Positions 25,085 to 37,998 of a stretch of 64,000 nucleotides of DNA are shown piece after piece. The stretch is from NCBI RefSeq assembly GCF_006345805.1, contig NW_021833293.1, forward strand, positions 14,128 to 78,127, given 5' to 3'. Source of the stretch: Octopus sinensis (taxonomy: Eukaryota). Positions within the stretch are counted from its first letter, which is position 1; every line of letters begins with the position of its first letter. The notes under the pieces were generated by a model. That model ran no database searches. It was given only the letters and a program-made list of their open reading frames with translations, and was not told where the DNA came from. A program made the position numbers and the translations under genes.

Positions 25085-27147
25085 TTTACTGCAATAATAC
25101 CGCAGAGAATGGGCAACATTTGGAAGAAAACAACCTGTCTCCAGAAGAGCAGAAGAGATGCTTCAAGGGTTCACACGGCTGTAAAGATCAGTTACTTATC
25201 AATAAAGCCATAACTGAAAATAGCCGCGGAAAGAATAAGTGTCTAAGTTTGACTTGGATCGATTATCAAAAGGCTTTTGAAACTATTCCCCACACAAGTA
25301 TCCTAGAAAGACAAGCCATGAACAAGGTAGCACCAATAATCATAAAATATATAAAACATTCCAAAAATAAATGACAAAGGGTGCTACAGCACCAGGCAAA
25401 AGACAGACTCATAAAAACCAAAGACATCCGCATTAGAAGTGGAATATTACAGGGAGACAAACTCTCTCCACTATGTTTCTGTTTGGGACTAACTCTTTCA
25501 TCTGACGTGCTAAACAGAACTGGATGTGGGTATAACTGTTATGACGACAAAGCAATCAACTGCCCCTTGTATATGGATGATATATAACTGCACGATACTA
25601 ATAATAAGCAGCTGGAAACATTACTACAGACAGTGCATGGACTTAGCTTAGGAAAATGTTCCAAAGCAACCTTGAAAAGAGGAAAATTAATCAAGAGTAA
25701 CAACATCATACTAGATAAAGCAAATGAAATAAGACAATTAGAACTTAGCCAGACATATGAACATGAACTAGATACGATACAGCACACAAAAGTGAAAGAG
25801 AATATAAAAAAGGCTACTATAGACGAGTCAGAAAACAGAGCTCAAAGCGAAAAACAAGATAACAATTATCAACACTTTAGCTGTTCCGCTTGTAAGTTAC
25901 CGCTATAATATTCTTAACTGGATACTACATGAAATACCCAAAAATAGACATGACAACAATATAATGACAGGATCTAGGATGTATCACCCGAAATCTTACA
26001 TAAAATTGTTATACATACAACGTATCGGAGGTGGTAGAGGCCTTATAGCTTGAAAGATATTACGAAATAACCATCATAGGACTATAGAAATACCTACTTC
26101 AGAAGTAAGTGAAACTAATACGAATAGCCACAAAACATGAACAAAGCAAAATACTGCTTTCTGTCTTTAAGGAAACTGATAAATACGAAAAAGAAGCCAT
26201 AGTACCTAGCAATTATGAAGAAGAAAAAAAGAAATAACAAAAACCGTAAAACAACTGAAATCCAATCTAAAACTGGAATAGTAACATATCATGAAACGAT
26301 GACAAGAAAACTCCCTGCGTGGCAAATATTCGGTTAAGCTAAACCGAAAAGAAAGAGACAAAGCAAAATCCCAACAATGGTTGAGAAGCCCAGGACTTAA
26401 AGCAGAGACTGAAGGATGTTTAATTGCAGCACAAGATCAAAGCCTTCTCACCAGAAATAATCAAAAATGCTCAATGAAAAGAAATAGAAGTAGCTGCAGA
26501 ATATGTGGTGATGCAGAAGAATTAAATCATATTGTCTATGTCTAGCCAGTTCTGGTTAGGAACGGACATATTCAGAGACACGACAGGGTTGAGACCTATA
26601 TACACTGGAAACTATGCCGGCACTACGGAATAACAACCAGAAGAGGATGGTAGGGGCACACCCCAGAAAAGTTCACAGCAACCATACTCTGGGATATGCC
26701 AATACACAGAGATAGAGGAATTAAGGCGAATAGGCCGGTTAGAGTTGTTAGAGATCGCCAAGAAAAAGAAAACGCTTTCTAATCGATGCATCAATACCAA
26801 AAGATGACAAGGTTTCTCTAAAAGAAACGGAGAAACTTTCTAAGTACAAAAATCTGGAAATAGATGCAACTCGAATTTGAACCCTAAAAATAGAAACAAT
26901 TACTATTATAGTTGCTGCATTAGGTACGATAAGTAACATTCAGACATATACATAACAAGTGCAATAGGACTTACAAGTATATATAACATGTAAAAAATAG
27001 CACTACTAAACACCACACACATCCTACGTAAAACACTTTCAATAGAGTGAAAATAAGAGCACCACAACAAAATACAGCTCATATCCAAGACACATAAAGC
27101 TGTGCTCAGTATTGCAGTGAAGGCACATGATGAAAATAAGACTATTA
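25085..27147 (+). mobile_element. Degenerate R4/Dong-like LINE (RT plus restriction-like endonuclease) ending in (TAA)n
   Basis: PEEQKRC..GCKDQLLINKAI..WIDYQKAF; GILQGDKLSPL; LYMDD; CRICG..H; C-terminal KETEKLSKYKNLEI; followed by (TAA)n. Confidence 0.8.
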
Positions 27148-27148
27148 G

Positions 27149-27196
<48 letters not shown>

Positions 27197-27230
27197 TAAT
27201 AATTCCTTTATTATAATATTAATAACAATA
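27148..27230. repeat. (TAA)n
   Basis: Direct reading. Confidence 0.95.
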
Positions 27231-27469
27231 ATGATCTCATGGTTTATTAGTGTAATGTATAGATTTTAAGCGACATAACATATGGTCTTAACAGAAGTAA
27301 TGTTGGCGAAAGATATATGCAGCTTTTCTGGGATTTCCCACTGGTGGTGAATATTCGCTTGAAGAAAAGAGACGAGATATGATCGTAGAGGACACAACCG
27401 AAAGAATGGATATAAGAATACAGGTTTTTGTAATATCATGAAAATTAAATCCTCCGTCGACAACGACGA

Positions 27470-27697
27470 CGGAGTGCTACTTGATCCGATCAACAGAACA
27501 GCCTCCTTGTGAAACTAACTTGGATGTACTGAGTACTCCACAGACACGTCTATAACTTAACGTAGTTCTCAGAGAGACACAGCGTGACACAGATTTTGAC
27601 ACGGCTAGCCTTTTGAATCACATATACAATTCACTTTTGCCAGCTAGACAGGAGAAACGTGAAATGAAGTGCTTTGCTCAAGGACATAACACATCGT
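27470..27697 (-). mobile_element. Degenerate SINE fragment
   Basis: GCAACGTGAAATAAAGTG...GCTCAAG-like end shared with 13905-13945. Confidence 0.55.
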
Positions 27698-28182
27698 GGG
27701 TGAAGAGTATTTTGCGATAGTTTTCGAAAGATTCTTGAGCTTCTTGATATTTGCTGTTACCACCCTCAATATATCTTCACAAAAAAGTAAATTACTCTTG
27801 GAACATGAAGTAATTGTTACCTATTTCATAACGCCATCATCGCAGGAAAAAAATGTTCAAATTAAATATAAAATACTACGAAGGCAATAATGAAATAAGC
27901 GCTATTAATGTACTGTTAACAGTTGGATCTCACTGAAGCTGGTGAAATCAAGGCTACTGATCATTTAACTACCTGTCACATTAATGTCAACGGCTAGACA
28001 AGATCGTCAGTAGGAAGACAATGGCGATGGGAGAGTCGAGATTGGAAGATATGATGGGTCAAATGAACGAAGGGGACCAGAATGTTTGACGTTAATGTTT
28101 TTGAAACAACGACGTCCATTCCACAGGTAAAGGAATTCAATATCGTGTTCTTTCGTACTTCTGGAATAATGCTGTTAATGTG

Positions 28183-28244
<62 letters not shown>

Positions 28245-28330
28245 GCATATATATATATATATATATATATATAGATTTAATGAGTAAAACATCTAGTGTC
28301 TTGACTCTAAATGGGAACTAAGTTGTAACT

Positions 28331-28568
28331 ATACTACTAAAATCTATTGACCAACGTAGGGTGGCAGCCTGTGTAGGACCATGTTACTAAATTTTTTCAG
28401 CAGGTTATCGACCCATGACCTGTCAAAAACATACTGCGAGCAAGTATTTTTCAGACACTGGTCGTGTGTCGATAACCAGCTGGAAAAGTCGTTTTCCTGG
28501 GGTTAAAAACTAGTAACATGGTCCTACGCAGGACTGCCACCTTACGTTGGCAAATAGAATTTACTATA
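28331..28568. mobile_element. MITE-like fold-back element
   Basis: Imperfect ~55-bp terminal inverted repeats (CCAACGTAGGGTGGCAG...GGACCATGTTACTA / TAGTAACATGGTCC...CTGCCACCTTACGTTGG) plus nested internal inverted repeats. Confidence 0.7.
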
Positions 28569-28734
28569 TAAATGTATATATATAAATATTTGTGCACGCA
28601 CACTCACATATACGTGTATATATATAAAGAGAGAGAGAGATAGAGAGAGAGATAAATACATATATAGTATGTATATATGTATTACTCTTTCTCTTTCTCT
28701 GTCTCTACTGATTTATATATACATATACATATAT

Positions 28735-28800
<66 letters not shown>

Positions 28801-29060
28801 TATAAATAAGTGTATCATAGAGATACCACCATGCCAAATAACTGTCGAAACGCTGACCCTAAAAACACATTCAATGTTCAAAATATAATTCATCACTGTA
28901 TTCACTGCGGTGTTTATATTTGACCATATCGCGCTTGTGAGATGGTTGGCGGGCAATTTGTACATACGTGCATAATGATATATGTATGGACGTTCGTTTA
29001 TGTAAGTATAACTTATGTTCTGTATATATATATTTTTTTATTTATTTGCCCATCTGATAT

Positions 29061-29119
29061 ATTCAACTGACGAAGGCAGAGCTTATTTGTAGCAAAGGCA
29101 GAAATCCAGGATCTTGAAT
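29061..29119 (+). ncRNA. Solo type I hammerhead with a weak stem II
   Basis: AUUCAA-CUGACGA-[27 nt]-GAA-AUCC A GGAU-C-UUGAAU: perfect stems I and III, AUC triplet. Confidence 0.6.
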
Positions 29120-29353
29120 TATGCAGTAAAATCTTTTTTTCTAGTTTCTTTTGTTTCTCTGTCTTATCTCATGGCGCGATTTGGACATTTAAGGTGGTTT
29201 TTAGGGTTAGGGTTTTGACTGCTATTTCGGCATAGTGGAATCTCTAAGATACCCTTATTTATAATTTTAAATAATTGTTACCTTTGCATGGTATTTATTC
29301 CTATGCTGGCCACTTGATGATATCGATATTTAAATATCGATATTATCCTTATT

Positions 29354-29403
<50 letters not shown>

Positions 29404-29614
29404 TGTAGGGGTGTGTATCTATATATGTATCTGTATGAACGTAGCTGAGCATTCGATGATGGAATCCATTGTGAACTCAATATCTCTAGAAATCTAGACA
29501 TAGACGCTGAAATGTGACTGGATTTTGAATGGTATAGCATGTCCCTTTATAAAAGATGACTTGGAATATTTATATGAAAGAACAATAGTAGGAATATGAA
29601 AATAATATAATCAT

Positions 29615-29696
29615 AAATGTAGTAGTAGTAGTAGTAGTAGTAGCAGTAGTAACAGTAGTAGTAGTAGTAGTAGTTGTAGTAGTAGTAGTAGTAGTT

Positions 29697-29753
<57 letters not shown>

Positions 29754-30428
29754 AATATAATAGTAATGATAATAATGTATACATGCACAAAATATAAATT
29801 AATTGAAGGTGATAATGCTAAGAATAACTAGCATGATAAAAATCATAATATGAGAGCAACAACATTAATAAGAATATTGATGGTTACGATGAATTTGGCA
29901 ATGGTTATGATGATCAAGATGGTGATAATTACGACGACTACAATAATGTTGGTTCAGCTGCTTGTGTTGGCAATAATAATAAGTGTAGCAAAAACAACAC
30001 CAACCACAAGTAATAGAACAGCAGCAACGAAAACAACAACCACAACAACAATAAGAAGAAGAACGAGAACAGCAACAACAACAACGACAAGCACAAGAAG
30101 AACGAGTCGACGACAACGACGATGACGATGACGATGATGATGATGATGATGATGATGATGATAATGATGATGATGATGAAGATAAGAAAGAAGATGATGG
30201 TGATGATGAATAGTATGCAGAACAAGAGGTAGTATTCAAAGGGACTCAAGAAAACGAAGAAATAGAAGAAAGAGAAGTAGAAAATAAAGAAGAAGAAGAA
30301 GAAGAAGAAGAAGAAGAAGAAGAAGAAGAAGAAGAAGAAGGAGAAGAAGAAGAAGGAGAGAGAAGAAGAAGAAGGAGAAGAAGAGGAAGAAGAAGAAGAA
30401 GAAGGAGGAGAAGAAGAAGAAGGAGAAA

Positions 30429-30480
<52 letters not shown>

Positions 30481-30530
30481 AGAGAAGTGGAAAGAGCAGG
30501 AAGACAAGAACAAAACGAAGATAAAATAGA
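29615..30530. repeat. Compound trinucleotide block (TAG)n, (CAA/GAT)n, (GAA/GGA)n
   Basis: Direct reading; explains the poly-T/S/L ORFs. Confidence 0.95.
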
Positions 30531-30707
30531 TACCCAGTCCATCTTGTTTATTCGGATGTCAATTCTCCTCCGACTATATCACAATATATCACCATCATTC
30601 ATTCATTCATATACATTTACTGACTAACATTTTTATCTATTTATTGACTTTTATCTCGTTCATATTTCTTTCTTTTTTACAACCACATTTCATACTGATA
30701 AACCTAA

Positions 30708-30709
<2 letters not shown>

Positions 30710-30760
<51 letters not shown>

Positions 30761-30893
30761 TATATATATATGCATATAATGACATATATCTGTGTCTATA
30801 TTCATACGTACATATATATGATATATATGTATGTATATACAACATATATATATATATATAACATTATATATATATATATATATATATATCTAC

Positions 30894-30936
<43 letters not shown>

Positions 30937-30965
30937 ATATATATATATATATATGCATGTGTATA
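30710..30965. repeat. (TA)n microsatellite
   Basis: Direct reading. Confidence 0.95.
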
Positions 30966-32553
30966 TATGTGTGTGTGTACGTATATGTAGAAACCATATA
31001 TCAGATAGATATAGCCTCCTAATAAATGTATTTTCCAATATTATTAATTTGCCCTCTTTTTTTTAATATCTTCTTTATATTTTAAGATATATCATAATAT
31101 ATCTGTATTTTGTTCTTTCGTTTTTCTTTTCTGTTATATTTCAGTATTTATCAAATATTTCTTTGTTGACCAAACGCAAGCTCGACACTCTGTCCAACTT
31201 TGGTGTATTCTTTGCCACATTGTTGTTTATGACAGATAAAATCTGTCGGGAGCGACAATACTACACACCGTCACTTACACACACACACACACACACACGC
31301 GAGCACACACATACACACAGAGGTGTGTATGTGAAAGAAATATGTATGAAATAGAAGGATGTAGATTCTGATTGTTAAATGTCCAATCACACGCATAATA
31401 TTTATATATCTCTATAGGTATATCTATGTGTATCTATGTATACACAGATACACATACACACGCTCACATGCATATACGTATGAATTGAGACAGCGATAAG
31501 GAAAGAGAGAGATAAAGAGAGAACCTGATAAATAGGTAGATAGGCAAGGAAAAGGATATAGAGATAATTTACTAAATCAATAGAAATACTGATAACTAGC
31601 TAGATAGATAAACTGAAAACATCGACGAAGAATTCAATTTACAGTTTTCGGGTTCTTTGGTGCGATTTTGAGTTGATAACTTGTTTCTGGACCCAAGGCT
31701 GTCTAGATATGAGGGAAAGTGTTTCTGCATATATAACAGTTTGTTCTGTATACGAATGTAAGTACATAGGCTGTGCTATAGAACTATACATATGTCTGTC
31801 TTTTGCTGTTTATATTTTGTACTGTCGTTACTGTGCTGTTTTTGTTACCATTTTTACCCCTCCGCAAAAAAATCTCAAATTTTATTTAATTTGATTTTCG
31901 TGGGAAGGAAAATTTAATTGAAGTCATGTATCGCCTTGACTTTCGAAACGTGGAGTAGATGAAATTAAGGCGACTGAAGAAGGGGAATTTTCCTTGTTTT
32001 GTATGTCCTGTACTCTATTTTTACGTTGTTTTAAAAAAATGCCCATTTCTTTGGTTTTCTGTTTATGTTTTCGTTTCTCATTGTGTTCGACGTTTATTTG
32101 GTGTCCTGTACCCATATATGCATGTAGAGGTAGGTATGTACATATATGTATGTATATATGCATATGTTTTATTTATTTATTAATTATATATATATATATA
32201 TATAAAGTAAATAAGATCCGTGCTACTTATGTTTCATAGCGAGCGGAACCTCGGAAGTGGTAAATATACAAGCGATGTGTATTTCGCAGTCTTCTCGCCA
32301 GGCCAAGGGTATCTTGATTAAGCGTATTTTCCGTATGTTATCATGTACCTCTTTGTGACAAAGTAAACTTCATTTAATGGAGATACCATTCCTTTGATAA
32401 GTAGTCTACAGTATACACCTCGAGTGGATATTTAAGACTTCCGATGTTCCACTCGCTGCTGCCCAAAACCTTTGAGTTGATTTGTAGGACGGACATTGAG
32501 AGTAGCCAAGCGTTTTCTCTCTCTCTCTCTCTCTTTCTCGCTTCCACTCTCTT

Positions 32554-32603
<50 letters not shown>

Positions 32604-32659
32604 AGATATAATATATATATAATTATATATATTATAAAGTTAATCAAACAAGAAAGCAC

Positions 32660-32840
32660 ACAAAAACAACAACGCGAGGAAGTGGAACAAATATAGGTGT
32701 TATTGAACGCTCAGGAAAGAAGGAAAGAAGGAGGGTTTAACGTTTCGAGCGGAGCTCTTCGTCGGAAACATAGAAGAAGGAAAGATCCAGAGAAGGGAAG
32801 ACAGAGGAAAAAATCGCCAACGGTACACACGCGGTCACAT
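32660..32840 (-). mobile_element. PLE-type terminal repeat with a minimal hammerhead (32735-32769)
   Basis: Minus strand GUUU-CCGACGA-A-GAGC(UCC)GCUC-GAAACGUU-AAAC; homologous to 35365-35570. Confidence 0.6.
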
Positions 32841-33318
32841 TTTGAAATATATATATATATATTCTGTTGTGTCTGGGGAGAGTCATTTTCTTTTTGTGTC
32901 TTATATTCTAACACACTCACCGGTAAAATTTCCACTTTTTTCGTATTTTTATTTTTATGTATAAATCTATGTGTATGATGGAGACTGTTGTCAGTTTCGA
33001 CATATGTGGATCAGACAACCTACTCTTTCTTTGTGAGTTATAATGCTGAAATCGAATGTGACGTTTGAGGCCCACTAATGATTTGCAAGATCCTGCAAGT
33101 ATGAAGATTACAGGTCAGTGCAGGTGGTATATTTGTAGCCACTTTTCCCCTTTGTCTTATACACTAAAGCCTGTTATTGTTGGTTGCAACAATGTTTCTC
33201 ATTTTGATACATGTATGTATTTCTATCTACCTATCTATCTACCCCTCTATCTATTTATCTATATATCTATCTATCTATCTATCTATTTATCTATCATTCT
33301 CTCTCTTTCTATCTCTCC

Positions 33319-33349
<31 letters not shown>

Positions 33350-33355
33350 AATCAT

Positions 33356-33393
<38 letters not shown>

Positions 33394-34539
33394 GCATGTG
33401 TGTGTGTGTGTGTTTACTTCACCCTCCCTACACGGTTCAGTAAGAGAACTGATAGAGTAAGATATATATATATATATATATATATTCATGTATATTTACA
33501 TAGACGCACACATACAAACACACATATGTGTGTGTGTGTGTGTGTGCATGTATACATACATACCTATATACATATCAATGCAATACGCTTCAGAATATTT
33601 GAAAATTTCAGCTGATAAACTTCCTTTTAGTTAAGGTTCATCATGCATATCTATTAAAATCTTAAGTGTATGTATATGTGTATGCGTGTGTGTGTGTGTG
33701 GGGGGGTGCTAATGTGTTTGTGTGTGTGTGTGTGCGCGTGTGTGTTTTTTGTTGTTTGTGTCACGTGCATGTTTTCGTTCGTATATGCGTGAGTATGTTT
33801 GTCTATCGAATGCGATAAAGACGGTGAATGTTGTGTAGATATCTTAATAGACATAATTTAGCAAGATATATATACTTAAATGAATTTAAGAAAAAATTAT
33901 TTAGTAAGGAAGAAGGTTGTTTCGTCAATAAATATATATATTTTTTTTAAAATCCAATTTCTTCCACATTTAACATTAAATATTTTCTGTCTCTGTAATA
34001 TAATGGAACGCAATTCTCATATGTTAGAACGCAATCAAATCCCAGTTAAGCATGAAAATGAAAATTGAAATTACGGGAACAAAGATGTAGCACTCAAGGG
34101 GATACTTTTTCCAGTGAGGAAATATCGAGAGTAAAGTTTAATTGCGTCTTAAAAATGCAGAATATATTGATAAAGAACATTTATTAGTGTATCGTAAGTA
34201 TATGGCATGTTAATGGAAGAAAACGTGCTCAGTTTCACTTGCATAACGAAGTTTTCTTATTTCTATCTATCTCTAAAATTTCTTTATTTTAAAAGCACAA
34301 GGGCTGAAATTTTCGGGAAGAGTGGTGGTCGAGTACATTGAACACAGATCACGGATAATTTTTATTTTATCGATTTCGAATAGCTGACAAGCAAATTCAG
34401 CGTTGGCTGAATTCGAACTGAGAATGTAAACCAAGAAAAACAATGGTGCGAAGCATTTTGGCCGGTCTACAAACAATTCACGGCGTCTTTTTGTCTTTAA
34501 TAGTAATACATGAGCTATAACGTATTATTATTACTAAAT

Positions 34540-34740
34540 CGTTAGCACGCCAAGCAAAATACTGTGTGGCATTTCGCCCATCTTCATGGTCTGATTTCAA
34601 ATTTCACCGACGTTGACTGCCTTTCATCCTTCCGTAGCCGATAATATGAGTACCAGTGGAGAACTGAGTCGATGTAATGGATGTACACCCACGATCAAAA
34701 TTGCAAGCCTGGTGCCAAAGTTTGAAATCAGTAATACATT
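34540..34740 (+). mobile_element. Degenerate SINE (21607 family)
   Basis: AAATCGTTAGCACGCC...TTTCAAATTTCACCGACGTTGACTGCCTTTCATCC...GAGTACCAGT. Confidence 0.65.
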
Positions 34741-35277
34741 AGATATACTATATAAAATGATCATGAAATTGTTATGTCCCGAAGAATTTAACTTACATCG
34801 GAGAAATTCGCAACACATATGACGGACTCTGTCAAGAAAGAATTATTATCAACTGATACCATTAATTCTGCTGCGACAATCGTATGACAATAAAATTATC
34901 GATGGATAAGTCTCCTGATGACAATATAAACCAGCTTTGCAACTTGAAATATCTAATGAGATGTATTGAATGCTACTTTGTCGTTAATAGGCGAAAAGAT
35001 AATGGACGACTCTCTGGTCATGCAGGTTGGTTTCAAACGCCGAGCTGGACTTTGTCAAATCGTAGTGTGCACCGAGCAAAATTAAGTAGTATATATCGCG
35101 TTGACTCAATATGTGGGTCAGTTGAACATACATGTATTTTAATAGCGTATGTGTGAACACACTGACTCAAAAGGGAGATATCTAACTATATGTCTATCTA
35201 TCTATCTATCACTTTTTCCCCCTCTATCTTTCTTCATCTGTGTGAGCGTGCGCGTCTATAAAGACCATCCCAATATA

Positions 35278-35346
<69 letters not shown>

Positions 35347-35364
35347 GTGTGTGTGTGTGTGTGT

Positions 35365-35570
35365 GTGTAATGTGACCGCGTGTGTAACGTTGGCGATTTT
35401 TTTCCTCCGTCTTCCCTTCTCTGGATCTTTCCTTTTCCTATGCTTCTGACGAAAAGCTCCGCTCGAAACGTAAAACCCTCCTTCTTCCCTTCCTTCCTGA
35501 CCGTCCAATAATACTATATTTGTTCCACGTCCTCGCGTTGTTGTGTTTTCTCTTTGTGTTTTCATGTTTG
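35365..35570 (+). mobile_element. PLE-type terminal repeat with a minimal hammerhead (35442-35476)
   Basis: GCUU-CUGACGA-A-AAGC(UCC)GCUC-GAAACGUA-AAAC; reverse-complement homologue of 32660-32840. Confidence 0.6.
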
Positions 35571-35596
35571 GATTACTATATATATATGTATATATG

Positions 35597-35651
<55 letters not shown>

Positions 35652-35780
35652 ATTTATATTATATAGAGGGTGCTACTATTCATAGATACCGCACGTTAGG
35701 AGGGACCGTTGCGGTCAAAACTACTAAAATAAACAAATTGTACCGAATGCAAAACTTCAAAGCAAGTCATTTAAAAAAAG

Positions 35781-35855
35781 AGTTTAGTTACATATCACCT
35801 GTGATTTCGCAATTAATGCAGAATATCCATTCCATGTTCATCAGTGCAACAAACT
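35781..35855 (-). ncRNA. Type I hammerhead (left arm of C)
   Basis: Minus strand GUUGCA-CUGAUGA-[29 nt]-GAA-AUCAC AG GUGAU-A-UGUAAC: complete 6-bp stem I, AUA triplet. Confidence 0.72.
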
Positions 35856-36181
35856 CAAGATATATAAGAAAAAACATAACGTTACAAGCTCGATAGCCAA
35901 CCGTAGAATTCGTCGTAGCATGTACGAATGTTTATCTTTACATATCTATGAAAATGGCGGGCTTATTCGCAATGCATTTCGGTAACAAATTGCTTACTCG
36001 GAACAAAAAGTCAGTATTGAACTATTCCGGTGAAAAATATAAATTAACAATTGAGGATAAAATTGAGGATAAAACCCCGCCATTTTCATAGATATGTAAA
36101 GGTAAACATTCGTACATTCTACGACGAATTCTACGGTTGGCTGTGGGGTTTGTAATGTTATGTTTTTTCTTATATGTCTTG

Positions 36182-36256
36182 AGTTTGTTGCACTGATGAG
36201 CATAGAATGCATATTCTGCATTAATTGCGAAATCACAGGTGATTTATAACTAAATT
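36182..36256 (+). ncRNA. Type I hammerhead (right arm of C)
   Basis: GUUGCA-CUGAUGA-GCA...UGC-GAA-AUCAC AG GUGAU-U-UAUAAC: canonical G-C start of stem II, one mismatch in stem I. Confidence 0.68.
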
Positions 36257-37952
36257 CTTTTTTTAAATGACTTGCTTTGAAGTTTTGCATTCGGTACAAT
36301 TTGTTTATTTTAGTAGTTTTGACCGCAAGGGTCCCTCCTAGCGTGCGGTATCTATGAATAGTAGTACCCTGTATATAATATAAATAAATGTTTTCAAATT
36401 GGAAAGATTTACGGATTTTTTCTCTTACGAGGTTTATCACGCTAACTGCTGATAATTTCTTATAAAGATTTTATCCTCAATTTTGAATTAATATATATAT
36501 ATATATATATCTTCCACCTTTGTCCATGTTTGGCTCTTTGCATTGGAAATTTCAACTGCTACTGGAGGCTTAGCGGCAACATAATGTAAAGAGAACACTG
36601 CTGTAGTGCGATACAGTTAAGTAAAGGGTACATTTCTCTATAATATGATGCAAAAACTATTTCTCTGCCTATCCATTGACTAGGGTTATAATGTAGTGAA
36701 TGGGGGTGCTGAAATGCAGTGCTGTCATGAAGAGTTTCTGAGTTCAATTCCAGTCAAGGCATTTAGGTGATTCACAAAACATGTGGAAAAGGCTAAGTCG
36801 TATACAACCGATGAAGTGAAAGCAACAGTCAAGATAAGGACACCACTCCGACTAATACGTAATACAAATTCTTCTTCTCAGAGCTATAGAACTGTATTAT
36901 TGTGTTACAAGTTCAACCAGGTGAGAATAGGAGAGATGACTTAAAAATTCAGTTGAGTAAGCTTTGAATCTAAGCGATTTTTTTTACCTCAATACACACT
37001 CACACTTATCTTCCTTTCCCCCGAATGTGTTAAAATTTGGTAAGTTATTATCGTACTTACCGACTCTATTGCACGTTAGCGTTTGAAAAATCCGGAGCCA
37101 TAAAAAAATAGACAATTGATTTTACAACATTCAATTAATAAAATTACTTCATTGCTGGTTTATAGTTTTATATTTTCTGCTAAGAGGGGTATAAAATTAT
37201 AAATATGCAGTCCTTTTACCTTGGATAACTAAATATTCACCTTGGCATTTTCTTCCATTGCGTACATTGCACCTTTCAAAATGGAAATGGTAGTAAAAAC
37301 GAGTACGCCTCACAATAATAATGTTAAATCTTCATGCCATCCCTTATCCCCCAGGAATTTTCAAACATGAAAATAAATGTAAAATGAAAATAGCAATGAA
37401 TCAAAGCAACAAACTTGCAGTACAAGCACGGAACTTTAACTTTGAAGTAGCATAACAAAGGATACTGCTGTAAACAACTTAAAGGAGAAACGCAATAAGA
37501 TCATTTGAAATACCGCGATCAGTAGCCACATTTCGTAACTTGCAAATACTTTGGTCTTCCACTCTGTATTATTGTCCCTATTTTCTACGCTTTCTATAAC
37601 TCATCTTAACACCAATTTTTGAATGACAAACGACATTGGTTTCTTAAGCACAAAATACTAAACGGCTGCGACAGTTTCTGCTGAGGTTCCACTTTGTTTA
37701 CGCCCATCATTTTGATTGGTTTATTGTTCAAATTTATTATTTGTGGTATGTGACTGGTCGGTTATTCAGATATCCCCTCTGAAAGGTGTGATAGATTAAA
37801 CCATTGGCCTCTCCAAAACAATGGAAGACGGAGACGTTCTGCTTAGATACAAAAGCGAATAACATTTACATATAAAGACATATATACATACATACATACA
37901 TACACACTACCCTAGCATGGCTGAAGTCTAATGAGTGAAACAAGTAAATGGT

Positions 37953-37998
<46 letters not shown>

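Larger units (their letters stand above)
35660..36492. mobile_element. Hammerhead-containing element C: ~300-bp inverted arms, related to element B
   Basis: 35660-35962 and 36077-36377 are diverged reverse complements. Shares AAATG(T/A)CTT..TTTG..TTGCATTCGGT, TTTTTTCTCTTA(T/C)GAGGTTT and CCGAAATGCA motifs with 22279-23606. (TA)n flanks. Confidence 0.8.

Noticed and set aside
29570-30542. Long ORFs (poly-T/S/L/I) here and the many YIYI/CVCV ORFs elsewhere
   Set aside because: They are translations of di- and trinucleotide repeats with no domain content.
31926-31995. GAAACGT and CTGAAGAAG words with a TCGCCTT/AAGGCGA stem
   Set aside because: The motifs could not be assembled into stems I-III of a hammerhead; possibly a repeat terminus, but unsupported.
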